A stretch of DNA of 64,000 bases from an uncultured Candidatus Saccharibacteria bacterium (GTDB lineage: Bacteria; Patescibacteriota; Minisyncoccia; SW-4-49-11): positions 64,628 to 128,627 of the forward strand of contig CAZWIJ010000002.1 in the NCBI GenBank assembly GCA_964633865.1. The letters run 5' to 3'. The position numbers were made by a program, and so were the translations under genes. Positions 29,016 to 37,552 of this stretch are shown here, piece after piece. The notes beneath the pieces were generated by a model, which was not told the origin of the DNA, did not search any database, and saw only the letters and a program-made list of their open reading frames with translations. Position 1 is the stretch's first letter; every line of letters starts with the position of its first letter.

Positions 29016-29470
29016 ATTTTTACCTTACTCTTCTTACCAAATCTTTTTTTGGTAATATCATAATACTTATCTATCAAAGGAAGGATTTCTTGTAAGCTAT
29101 TTTCTGTAGGATTAAGAATACAAACCCAACCGATCCATCCATAAACAGGATGAGGCATTAATGTATCTAACTTTTGAAAATCATACTCCCCTATTATCAC
29201 TCCTGATTTACCAGGTCTTGATGAGTACTCACCAAAAAATTTCAAGAAATCTTTTTTATCTGTACCAAAACTCAACCTAAAAACATTTTCTCTATCAAGA
29301 TTACTAGCTTTATCATTAGCTCCATCTTTTTCTTTTATAGTCACAAAATAAGTTCCTCGTGGAAATCTAAAATCTGGATTATAAAAAAATGAAGTCTCAC
29401 CCCAAGCATTTTGTGGAACTAAGCCTTGATATCTATTTAGAATAAATTTTGCTAGAGTCTTTGCTGTCAT
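29012..29470 (-). CDS. DUF6194-like protein
   Basis: WGETSFFYNP, YF.TIKEKDG.ND, MPHPVY. Confidence 0.7.
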   Translation of the reverse strand: MTAKTLAKFILNRYQGLVPQNAWGETSFFYNPDFRFPRGTYFVTIKEKDGANDKASNLDRENVFRLSFGTDKKDFLKFFGEYSSRPGKSGVIIGEYDFQKLDTLMPHPVYGWIGWVCILNPTENSLQEILPLIDKYYDITKKRFGKKSKVKI

Positions 29471-29695
29471 ATTATCATTATATTTATATAATTTATTTTA
29501 ACTTTTTTTAGATAATTACACAAGAATTATATTTAACACCATGCATTAAAATGATATTCTTTTTATAATATATTTACCTAAACAAATCATACCTATAATA
29601 AATAAAAATCCCACTTCTTTTCAAAGTGAGATTACGAATTTGTATTTTATAGAACCTTATTTATATCCCGCTTGGTTCAATGCGGGGCTGATATT

Positions 29696-30310
29696 TTATA
29701 GTCTTTCAGCATAGACTTTTTGACTAAATTCTTCTGCTATATCTTCTAATTTGTCTGACTTTTTATATTGGAATTTTTCAGAATAAAAATTAAAATCAGA
29801 CTCCATCCATAATGGAATTTCTCCATTGTAATATGGCTTGGATAAAAAATCTCCTTCAATAGTTTCTTTTTCCCAAATGTCAGCGGTCATTCCAGCAAGA
29901 GCCAGAATCAAATGTTTGTGGTGAGTTCCTCCCATACGATTTTTTGGTAGAAGAACATAATATTTGTTTGTATCTTCAAAACCTAATATTATCACTGTAC
30001 CACGAGTGGTTTCATAAGCTAAGAAATTTTCATCCCAATATGATTTACATACATTGTATGAAGTTCCATAACCATATCCAGCTTTTTCATTTTCTAAGAA
30101 TTCTTGATGTAGATCTTTCTGTCTTTTGATTAAAAATTCCAAACCTTTTTTCCAACCTTCACGAAAGTTAGAACCAGAATTAAATTTTTCGAAAAAAGCA
30201 AATTTATCTTGGGTTAAATCAAATTTAATATAATTATCTAAATTTTCATATAAACTTTTTAAATCTAAAACAGAAATACTTGAAACAGAGGCATTAAGAT
30301 AAGTAGTCAT
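29696..30310 (-). CDS. Hypothetical protein (start moved to ATG 30310)
   Basis: Promoter TTGACA at 30377 and boxA-like TGCACTTTAAAAA 30327-30315 precede ATG 30310; two 3' hairpins. Confidence 0.7.
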   Translation of the reverse strand: MTTYLNASVSSISVLDLKSLYENLDNYIKFDLTQDKFAFFEKFNSGSNFREGWKKGLEFLIKRQKDLHQEFLENEKAGYGYGTSYNVCKSYWDENFLAYETTRGTVIILGFEDTNKYYVLLPKNRMGGTHHKHLILALAGMTADIWEKETIEGDFLSKPYYNGEIPLWMESDFNFYSEKFQYKKSDKLEDIAEEFSQKVYAERL

Positions 30311-30452
30311 AATTTTTTTAAAGTGCAAATTGATTAACAACAGAAATAACCATATCATAGATTTGTTTATTTGTCAAGAGTAATTTACAAAAAAAGTTTA
30401 AGTTTGTGATTTAAATAAAAAAATCTCCTACAAGGTATAGGAGACGATAGAT

Positions 30453-31088
30453 TTATTCTATGATATAAAGTTCTGATAATAAATCATCAAGTTCTTTTAG
30501 ATTAGAGAATTCATTTTGGATAGAATATATTAATAGATTCAAATCTTGCTCTTTATTATTTTTGGGAGCTTTCTGATCATACAAATATACAGTTTTATCG
30601 AAATCTATTAGGTATGGGTTCCACTCTGTTCCTCCAAAATTAATACCTATACAGATATTTCTTGGGGTTAAGTCTCCATGGATAAATCCTAATTGCCAGA
30701 AATGATTTATTCTAGCATTAATAGATTTGAATAATTCTTGCAGGTCATATAAAGGAACTATTCCTTCTAAGAACCCTTGAATATATTCAACAAGAGTTGC
30801 TCCATTATTTATCTTTTTGATAATTATAGATTTAGGATTATCAAAGACATCAGATTCCAAATTACATTTAGGAATAAAATGTAAATGTAGTTTACCTGCC
30901 AAAGAATATATTTGATATTCTTTGCTCACACCTTGATCTTTTGGCAAATCTTCTTCGAGATCACATTTAATTATACAATTATTCCATGTAAGTAAAATTT
31001 TTGATTTTTTACCTTTCTCTGATCTTCTTACGAAGACATCTTGTTCACCAACCAAATTATAACTATTTAAAAAATTTACTTTTTTCAT
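30453..31088 (-). CDS. Small kinase-fold protein (RIO/Kdo/Bud32-like), paralog 1 (start moved to ATG 31088)
   Basis: IK..., HGDLTPRN catalytic loop, IDFD. Confidence 0.8.
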   Translation of the reverse strand: MKKVNFLNSYNLVGEQDVFVRRSEKGKKSKILLTWNNCIIKCDLEEDLPKDQGVSKEYQIYSLAGKLHLHFIPKCNLESDVFDNPKSIIIKKINNGATLVEYIQGFLEGIVPLYDLQELFKSINARINHFWQLGFIHGDLTPRNICIGINFGGTEWNPYLIDFDKTVYLYDQKAPKNNKEQDLNLLIYSIQNEFSNLKELDDLLSELYIIE

Positions 31089-31199
31089 AGTACCCAATCC
31101 AAAATTAAAGAACTTTATAATTATACTATAAAATTTAAAAATGTCAATAATGTTTTGCATAAAAAAAATCCCACCTATATGTTAGGTGAGAAAATAGAT

Positions 31200-31832
31200 T
31201 TAGTCTATAATATAAAGTTCTGATAATAGATTATCCCTGTCTTGTAGATTCGGGAATTCATTTTGGATAGAATCTATTAATAGATTCAAATCTTGCTCCT
31301 TATTATTTTTGGGAGTTTTTTTATCATAAGAATAAATTGTTTTATCAAAATCTATCAAGTATGGATTCCATTCCGTTCCTCCAAAATTAATACCTATACA
31401 GATATTTCTTGGGGTTAAGTCTCCATGGATAAATCCTAATTGCCAGAAATGATTTATTCTAGCATTAATAGATTTGAATAATTCTTGCAGGTCATATAAA
31501 GGAACTATTCCTTCTAAGAACCCTTGAATATATTCAACAAGAGTTGCTCCATTATTTATCTTTTTGATAATTATAGATTTAGGATTATCAAAGACATCAG
31601 ATTCCAAATTACATTTAGGAATAAAATGTAAATGTAGTTTATTAGTAATGGAGTATATCTGAAATTCTCTAGATACTCCTTGATTTGATGGTAGTATTTC
31701 AAGATCAGATTTAATAATATACTGATTACCTGTTAGTAAAATTTTTGAGTTTTTACCCTTCTCTGATCTTCTAACGAAGACTTCTTGTTCACTGATTAGA
31801 TTATAACTTTTTAAGAAATTTACTTTTACCAT
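31200..31832 (-). CDS. Small kinase-fold protein, paralog 2
   Basis: HGDLTPRN, IDFD; 267-bp block identical to paralog 1. Confidence 0.8.
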   Translation of the reverse strand: MVKVNFLKSYNLISEQEVFVRRSEKGKNSKILLTGNQYIIKSDLEILPSNQGVSREFQIYSITNKLHLHFIPKCNLESDVFDNPKSIIIKKINNGATLVEYIQGFLEGIVPLYDLQELFKSINARINHFWQLGFIHGDLTPRNICIGINFGGTEWNPYLIDFDKTIYSYDKKTPKNNKEQDLNLLIDSIQNEFPNLQDRDNLLSELYIID

Positions 31833-31941
31833 AATAGAAATCCAAATTTAAAGAACTATATAAGTATACCTGAAATTAAAAAAATGTCAATATATTTTTA
31901 CAAAAAAAGACCACTCTATCAAGGTGATAGGTGGTCTAAAT

Positions 31942-32625
31942 TTAAATTACTGTGATTTTATCCTCCATAGCTCGGATTAGCTTGGAAGGACTTTCGCCCC
32001 AATTATCAAATAGACACCATAGGGCATCTTTGATATCAGTAAAATCATCCTCCTGTGTGGGAGTACACCCACGGGAATAGCCATTATTCCAGCCCCATTC
32101 TTCATCATTGGAGGAATGAGAAGAAGATGAAAAGTCAATTAGAAAAACCTTAAACTCATTTTTTTCATCTAATCCTACGACCAGATTTCTTAAGTGTAAG
32201 TCCCGATGAGTAAACCCTTCCTCCCAGAAACTGTTTAAGACTGTTCCAACTTTTGAAAAGATTTCTATCATAATTTTTTCAGGAATTTCTCCCTGTAAAA
32301 AAGCAATAATGTAATCTTCGAATGCTGCCCCACTGTTAATCTTTTCAAGGTGGAGACCGTAGTCGGTTCCTTCTTCGAGATAACATTTTGGAGCAAGGTC
32401 TAAACCTTCTAATAATTCGTATATTTGATACTCCCAAGAGATGAGATCATCCCCTGGTAAATCTTTTTTAACTACCACATCTTCCCCAAAAAGGGAAAGA
32501 GTGGATTTATGACCAAATGCAGCACGAATGGCAAATGTATCTTTTCCAGACACTTTTTGATAAATGTCTAGATTAAAATTATAAACAGATTTAGAAACAG
32601 ATTTTTTAAAAGTAACAGTAGCCAT
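31942..32625 (-). CDS. Small kinase-fold protein, divergent paralog 3
   Basis: VVKKD, EYQIY, APKC, HRDLHLRN, IDFS. Confidence 0.8.
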   Translation of the reverse strand: MATVTFKKSVSKSVYNFNLDIYQKVSGKDTFAIRAAFGHKSTLSLFGEDVVVKKDLPGDDLISWEYQIYELLEGLDLAPKCYLEEGTDYGLHLEKINSGAAFEDYIIAFLQGEIPEKIMIEIFSKVGTVLNSFWEEGFTHRDLHLRNLVVGLDEKNEFKVFLIDFSSSSHSSNDEEWGWNNGYSRGCTPTQEDDFTDIKDALWCLFDNWGESPSKLIRAMEDKITVI

Positions 32626-32910
32626 AATTAACCTCTAACCTCGGGATAAGTGTATAAAGATGCTCCGAGGTAAGCTAGATACCTATATATAAGATATACA
32701 ACTTACCTCAGACCAAGTCTACTTACAAATACCTTTAGTCAGGATATTATAACAGATTAACTTGTGAATGTTCACTATGAGAATTTCTTATCTTGACTAC
32801 TTAGTTCTTATTGATTGCTAGATATTATAAGCTATTTATACTCTTAAGTAGTCTCTCTCATTCCTCTCATATTATGTACATATTATATCATAAATTTATT
32901 ATATTGTCAA
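32626..32910 (-). promoter_or_regulatory. Promoter and ~250-nt structured leader with uORF
   Basis: TTGACA near 32910; uORF MRGMRETT (32870-32844); overlapping alternative hairpins. Confidence 0.5.
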
Positions 32911-33111
32911 ACCTTTATGACATAATATTTTGTATCTTTTAGATTTTACTTTGCGGAGTAGGTGCAACCACTCCCTTTGCAACAGGTGTTATTGTTTCAT
33001 TGAAGAAAGACTAATTATTTTCTCACTCAGACCTTTCTGGGTGATTTTTTATTTGATAAATTAACATTTTATTGATATAATATTATTAGTTGTTCTATGA
33101 GGAATTGTCTT

Positions 33112-33447
33112 ATGTTCTTTCAAGCAAAAGATATATGGGAACTGAATAATCCAGAAATTTCTACTTTAGCACCGTTTCTTAGTTTATTTTCTATTATTGT
33201 AGTCAATAATGATATTTTTGAAAAGAATCCTAATCTTGATTGTCTAACTCAGATATGGGTTAGACATAATGCTATCAAAGAAGAAATTAAATCTGTATTA
33301 GATATGAATCCAACAGGATATTGCGAATTGTTAGATGCTTGGTTTTTTAATACAAAAATGGGAGCTCAATTTTTGGAAGAAAAACTTTTGATCAAAGAAA
33401 ATTTTTCAGAAATTAATCGTCAAATTTTAGAAAAATCATTAATTTAA
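33112..33447 (+). CDS. Hypothetical protein
   Basis: TTGATA-17-TATAAT promoter, GAGGA upstream of ATG 33112. Confidence 0.55.
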   Translation: MFFQAKDIWELNNPEISTLAPFLSLFSIIVVNNDIFEKNPNLDCLTQIWVRHNAIKEEIKSVLDMNPTGYCELLDAWFFNTKMGAQFLEEKLLIKENFSEINRQILEKSLI

Positions 33448-33560
33448 ATTATTACTAAAGCTATTACTAAAATGTGATGGCTTTTTATTCGGTATATTTG
33501 ACTTTATACTCCAAATTAGCTATTATATTAACATAAATAATATTTAAAAGCATAATTAAT

Positions 33561-34982
33561 ATGGATGCCAAAAGTAATCAAAGAGTATATATCAGAGATT
33601 TGTCTCAACATAAAAATCAAATAGTAAATATTCAAGGTTGGATCAATACAAGAAGAGATCAAGGGAAAATGATTTTCTTTGATTTTCGTGATATAACTGG
33701 AATTGTACAAGGTGTGGTTTTACCAAAAAGTGAATGTTTAGAAATAGCAAAGACCACTAAAGAAGAATTTGTAGTAGAAATCCAAGGTAAAGTAAATCCA
33801 AGACCAGAGAGAAATATTAAAGAAGGTGTTTTGAATGGAGATATTGAGCTAGAAATTCTTGAGATTACAATCTTAAATCAATCTAGGACTCTTCCTTTCC
33901 CTATTGAAGGAGATACAAAAGAAATAAATGAACTCATTAGATTAAAACATAGATATCTTGATCTTCGTAGCCAAAGAATGCGAAAAAATATAATTAATCG
34001 TTCCAAAGTCCAAAAATTTATTCGTGATTATCTTATCAAAAAAGATTTTATTGAGATTGAAACTCCCCTATTATCTGCGCCAACTCCTGAAGGCTCAAGA
34101 TCTTTTGTAGTGCCTAGTAGAATTTATAGAGATAATTTTTATTCCTTACCTCAGTCACCCCAACAGTATAAACAACTCTTGATGGTGGCTGGTTTTGAGA
34201 AATACTTTCAATTAGCAAGATGTATGCGAGACGAGGATACCAGAGGAGATAGACAACCAGAATTTACTCAATTAGATATGGAAATGTCTTTTGCCACGGA
34301 AGAAGAAATCATGCAATTGAATGAAAAATTATTGATTGAAATTGTAAACAATCTATACCCAGAGAAAAAAATTCAACAAATTCCTTTTCCCAGAATGACT
34401 TATAAAGAAGCTATGGATAAATATGGAAATGATAGACCAGATATTAGAGATGATAAATCTGATGATAATCTTTTAGCTTTTCTTTGGGTCACTGATTTTA
34501 ATATGTTTGAGAAACCTGAACAAGATAATCCTGATGAAGTGACAGAGTGGACTTTTACTCATAACCCTTTCTCCAAACCTCGGGATGAACATTTTGATGA
34601 TTTTATGAACAAAAAAAATATTGATAAGATCCTCACAACTCAATACGATATTACTCTTAATGGCTTTGAAATTGGTGGTGGAAGTATCAGAAATCATTCG
34701 GCTGAGGCTTTGAAAAAAACTTTTGAGATTATGGGGTATTCAGAAGAGAAAATTCAATCTAACTTTGGACATATCTTGGATGCTTTAGAGTTAGGAGCTC
34801 CTCCACATGGTGGAATTGCTTGGGGGTTTGATAGATTGATGATGATTTTGGAAAATGAACCGAATATTAGAGAAGTTATTCCTTTTGCAAAAACTGGAGA
34901 TGGTAAAGATCTTATGATGAATGCTCCAGCTAATATTTCAATTAAGCAAAAAATAGAATTAGGGATAAAGATTGAGAAGTAG
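33561..34982 (+). CDS. aspS: Aspartate--tRNA ligase (short form without GAD insert)
   Basis: OB-fold, RYLDLR, LPQSPQQYKQLLM, RDED.R.DRQPEFTQLD.EMSF, GGGSIR, PPHGG...DR. Confidence 0.93.
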   Translation: MDAKSNQRVYIRDLSQHKNQIVNIQGWINTRRDQGKMIFFDFRDITGIVQGVVLPKSECLEIAKTTKEEFVVEIQGKVNPRPERNIKEGVLNGDIELEILEITILNQSRTLPFPIEGDTKEINELIRLKHRYLDLRSQRMRKNIINRSKVQKFIRDYLIKKDFIEIETPLLSAPTPEGSRSFVVPSRIYRDNFYSLPQSPQQYKQLLMVAGFEKYFQLARCMRDEDTRGDRQPEFTQLDMEMSFATEEEIMQLNEKLLIEIVNNLYPEKKIQQIPFPRMTYKEAMDKYGNDRPDIRDDKSDDNLLAFLWVTDFNMFEKPEQDNPDEVTEWTFTHNPFSKPRDEHFDDFMNKKNIDKILTTQYDITLNGFEIGGGSIRNHSAEALKKTFEIMGYSEEKIQSNFGHILDALELGAPPHGGIAWGFDRLMMILENEPNIREVIPFAKTGDGKDLMMNAPANISIKQKIELGIKIEK

Positions 34983-35066
34983 ATATTATTTAAGATTTTT
35001 TATAAATAATATAGAATTTATAAAAATAGTCTATACTTGGCTTTAGACATAGAGTTTTTAAACTCA

Positions 35067-36419
35067 TTATTCTTTCTCAATTTCTTCCTCTACCTTTCTT
35101 TTAGCTTCTTCTAATAAGTCTTTACTCTCTTTTCTTAATTTATAACTTTCTTGGACTTTTTCAGAGATTTGCTTTTGTATTTGGAGTTTGATAAGAGGGA
35201 TTTTGATTGATTCTAATTCTGTTTTTGAAATTGCAGTCAAAATTGTCCCCTTTGATCCTCTCTGTAAAAGTTCTTGAATAACGAGAGTTTTAAATAAAAT
35301 CAATAAAGTTTCAGAGTTTATTTTTTCTGAATTTAAAACGAAAAATCCAGTTGAGCAAATAGAATTATCAAATTCTTTTTCCACCAATGCACATGAACTT
35401 AAAGAACCTTCAATAGAAGAAATAATTAAATCGTTTGTATTGATTTTTCTTCTCGCCCTGCTTGGTAAATCTTTTCCAAATTCTTCTTGATAATCTGATA
35501 TATATCCCTGACTTGAAATATTAGAAAGTGCTAAATATTTATATTTTTGATAAGCTTTGGGTGTATAGTTTTTATCTTTAAAATTTATCGCATTTTTCAC
35601 TAAATCCCATCCGCCCTCATATTCTTCAATTTTCTTAATGATCTCGGCATATTTCGGCTGAAAATATTCGCTATCGTATCGGTGGGCTTCTTCGATTTCT
35701 TTTTTGGTGGTACTAAAAGTAAGTTCGTGTTTGACTTCATAATCCACAAGTCCAAGTTCTGCCAAAAGCAATTCTTTAGCTTCACGATAGAGTTGTTTGG
35801 ATTGAGTTTGTTTTTGATGTGACCTTAAAACAAATTCATCAATTATTTTATGAAAATTATCTTGAAAAATTGGAACTGGAATTTTCTTTAGATCTGGTAA
35901 ATTAAATCCTTTTTGAATTGCACCTCTTTCATTTCTCATCAATAATGATTTTCCCTATTTTGTATCAAGAAAGATCATTAAAAATTCTGGATTTATTTTA
36001 TTTGAACGAAAAACTGTACTTTTACAGCTAAAGATTGCTGGACCAAAAGAATCTCTATATATTGCAACATTGCCAAGAGTTCCAACAACAGTAATTAAAA
36101 CATCATTGTTTTTTAAGTGATATTTGGGTAATGAATCAAATTTTTCTTTGTTAACTGCTGAATTATCAACATCACTCAAAACTCCATTTTTAATATCTTT
36201 TCCTCTGATATATTTATATTGTTTATCTTCAACATAATCCTCTACCTTTACAGTTGATCCAAATGGACCAATAATAAATTTACCTAAGTTTTCTAGATAT
36301 AAAAAATCTGAATTAGTAATTAATTTTTCAGCAGTCAAATTAAAAGGCTTAAAATACTCTGCATCATATCTCCGAGCTTCAAGGACTTCTGTATATTTTA
36401 TGTAACTTATTTGAGGCAT
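35067..36419 (-). pseudogene. R-M specificity (S) subunit interrupted by one in-frame TAG
   Basis: ORFs 35955..36446 and 35067..35942 are in the same frame: FLDTK*GKSLLMRNERG; GPFGS, LPSRARR and CSTGF TRD motifs; repeated R.D.EYF.P. Confidence 0.8.
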
Positions 36420-36455
36420 AGTTTCTTTTAAGTGGTAAATTTGCAACTAACATTT

Positions 36456-37535
36456 TTATTTAATTATATCCAATAAATCTTCAAAGAAATAGGTTTTATT
36501 TCTTTCTTTATTATTATGATGAATAATCAAATTTTGAGATAAATAATGCAAGATACGAAAAGTTGCATCTTTTTTTATTCCCGTTTGCCTTGAAAAATCA
36601 GCAGAGTCAAAAATAGGTACTGAGAATAAGTAATCTAAGACTTTAATAGAATTTTTTGGAGTAGGAATATCAATAATTTTATCTTTTAATTGTTCATATA
36701 GAGCAAGAATTTTTTTAACTTTTTCAATGTTTTTTATGGACTGTTCTTCTACTGCTATAAGAAAAAATTTAATCCAACTTTCCCAATCCCCATTTCTTGA
36801 TATGTTTTGTAGATAATCATAATATTCATCACGATGAAGCTCAAAATACTCACTCAAATAAAACATTGGAGAAGATAGAACTTTTTTGTAATACAAGAAT
36901 AATGGCATTAAAATTCTTCCTGTTCTTCCGTTTCCATCCCAAAAAGGATGAATAATTTCAAATTGAGCATGAACAATTGCAAGTTGAACTATTTGATCTT
37001 TTTCATCAGAATGAATATATTTTTCAAAATTAGAAAAATACTCTGCAATATTTTGTGGTTCTGGTGGAATATAGCTGGCTCCTTCTACTCCCAATCCTTG
37101 TTTTCCAATAAAAACAGAACCTGTTCTAAAATTTCCAGGATTTTTCCCTTCTCCCCTTGTCCCCTTTAAAAGAAGCTTATGTATTTCTTTGATCAATTGT
37201 CCTGTTAAAGGGATTGTTTCGAGTTTTGTAATTGCTACACTCATGGCATGCCTATAATTAATAATCTCTTGAATATCTTCATATTTTTCAGTTTTTTCCT
37301 TTGGGTTGGCATCAAATTGTAAAACTTCTTCAAGAGTTGCTTGAGTCCCTTCAATTTTAGATGATAAAACGGCTTCTTTTGTTGATAGAGGAGATAAAAG
37401 AACTCTTCCATTTGGGATACTTTGAAGAAAAGCATCAAACTTCGCAACTGCTCTATTTGCTGTTCCTATATGAGCAATAAAAATATCCCCATTTAATTTT
37501 TCTAACGGTAAATTATCTGGTTTGAATGGTTTCAT
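36456..37535 (-). CDS. Fic-family protein (class II-like) with C-terminal HTH
   Basis: HPFWDGNGRTGR; N-terminal SSKIEG inhibitory motif. Confidence 0.9.
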   Translation of the reverse strand: MKPFKPDNLPLEKLNGDIFIAHIGTANRAVAKFDAFLQSIPNGRVLLSPLSTKEAVLSSKIEGTQATLEEVLQFDANPKEKTEKYEDIQEIINYRHAMSVAITKLETIPLTGQLIKEIHKLLLKGTRGEGKNPGNFRTGSVFIGKQGLGVEGASYIPPEPQNIAEYFSNFEKYIHSDEKDQIVQLAIVHAQFEIIHPFWDGNGRTGRILMPLFLYYKKVLSSPMFYLSEYFELHRDEYYDYLQNISRNGDWESWIKFFLIAVEEQSIKNIEKVKKILALYEQLKDKIIDIPTPKNSIKVLDYLFSVPIFDSADFSRQTGIKKDATFRILHYLSQNLIIHHNNKERNKTYFFEDLLDIIK

Positions 37536-37552
37536 ATTTTTTAAATTATAAA

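Noticed and set aside
29600-33050. Integron cassette array
   Set aside because: No intI; intergenic hairpins look like terminators, lack attC RYYYAAC/GTTRRRY ends, and genes have their own promoters.
33113-33124. TGTTCTTTCAAG as another boxA copy
   Set aside because: Coincides with the probable start codons ATG TTC TTT CAA, so it is ambiguous and was not counted.
35955-35957. Genome-wide stop-codon reassignment (TAG, or code 25 TGA=Gly)
   Set aside because: TAG and TGA both end intact genes here (aspS and ung end in TAG, sufB in TGA), and conserved proteins translate fully in code 11.
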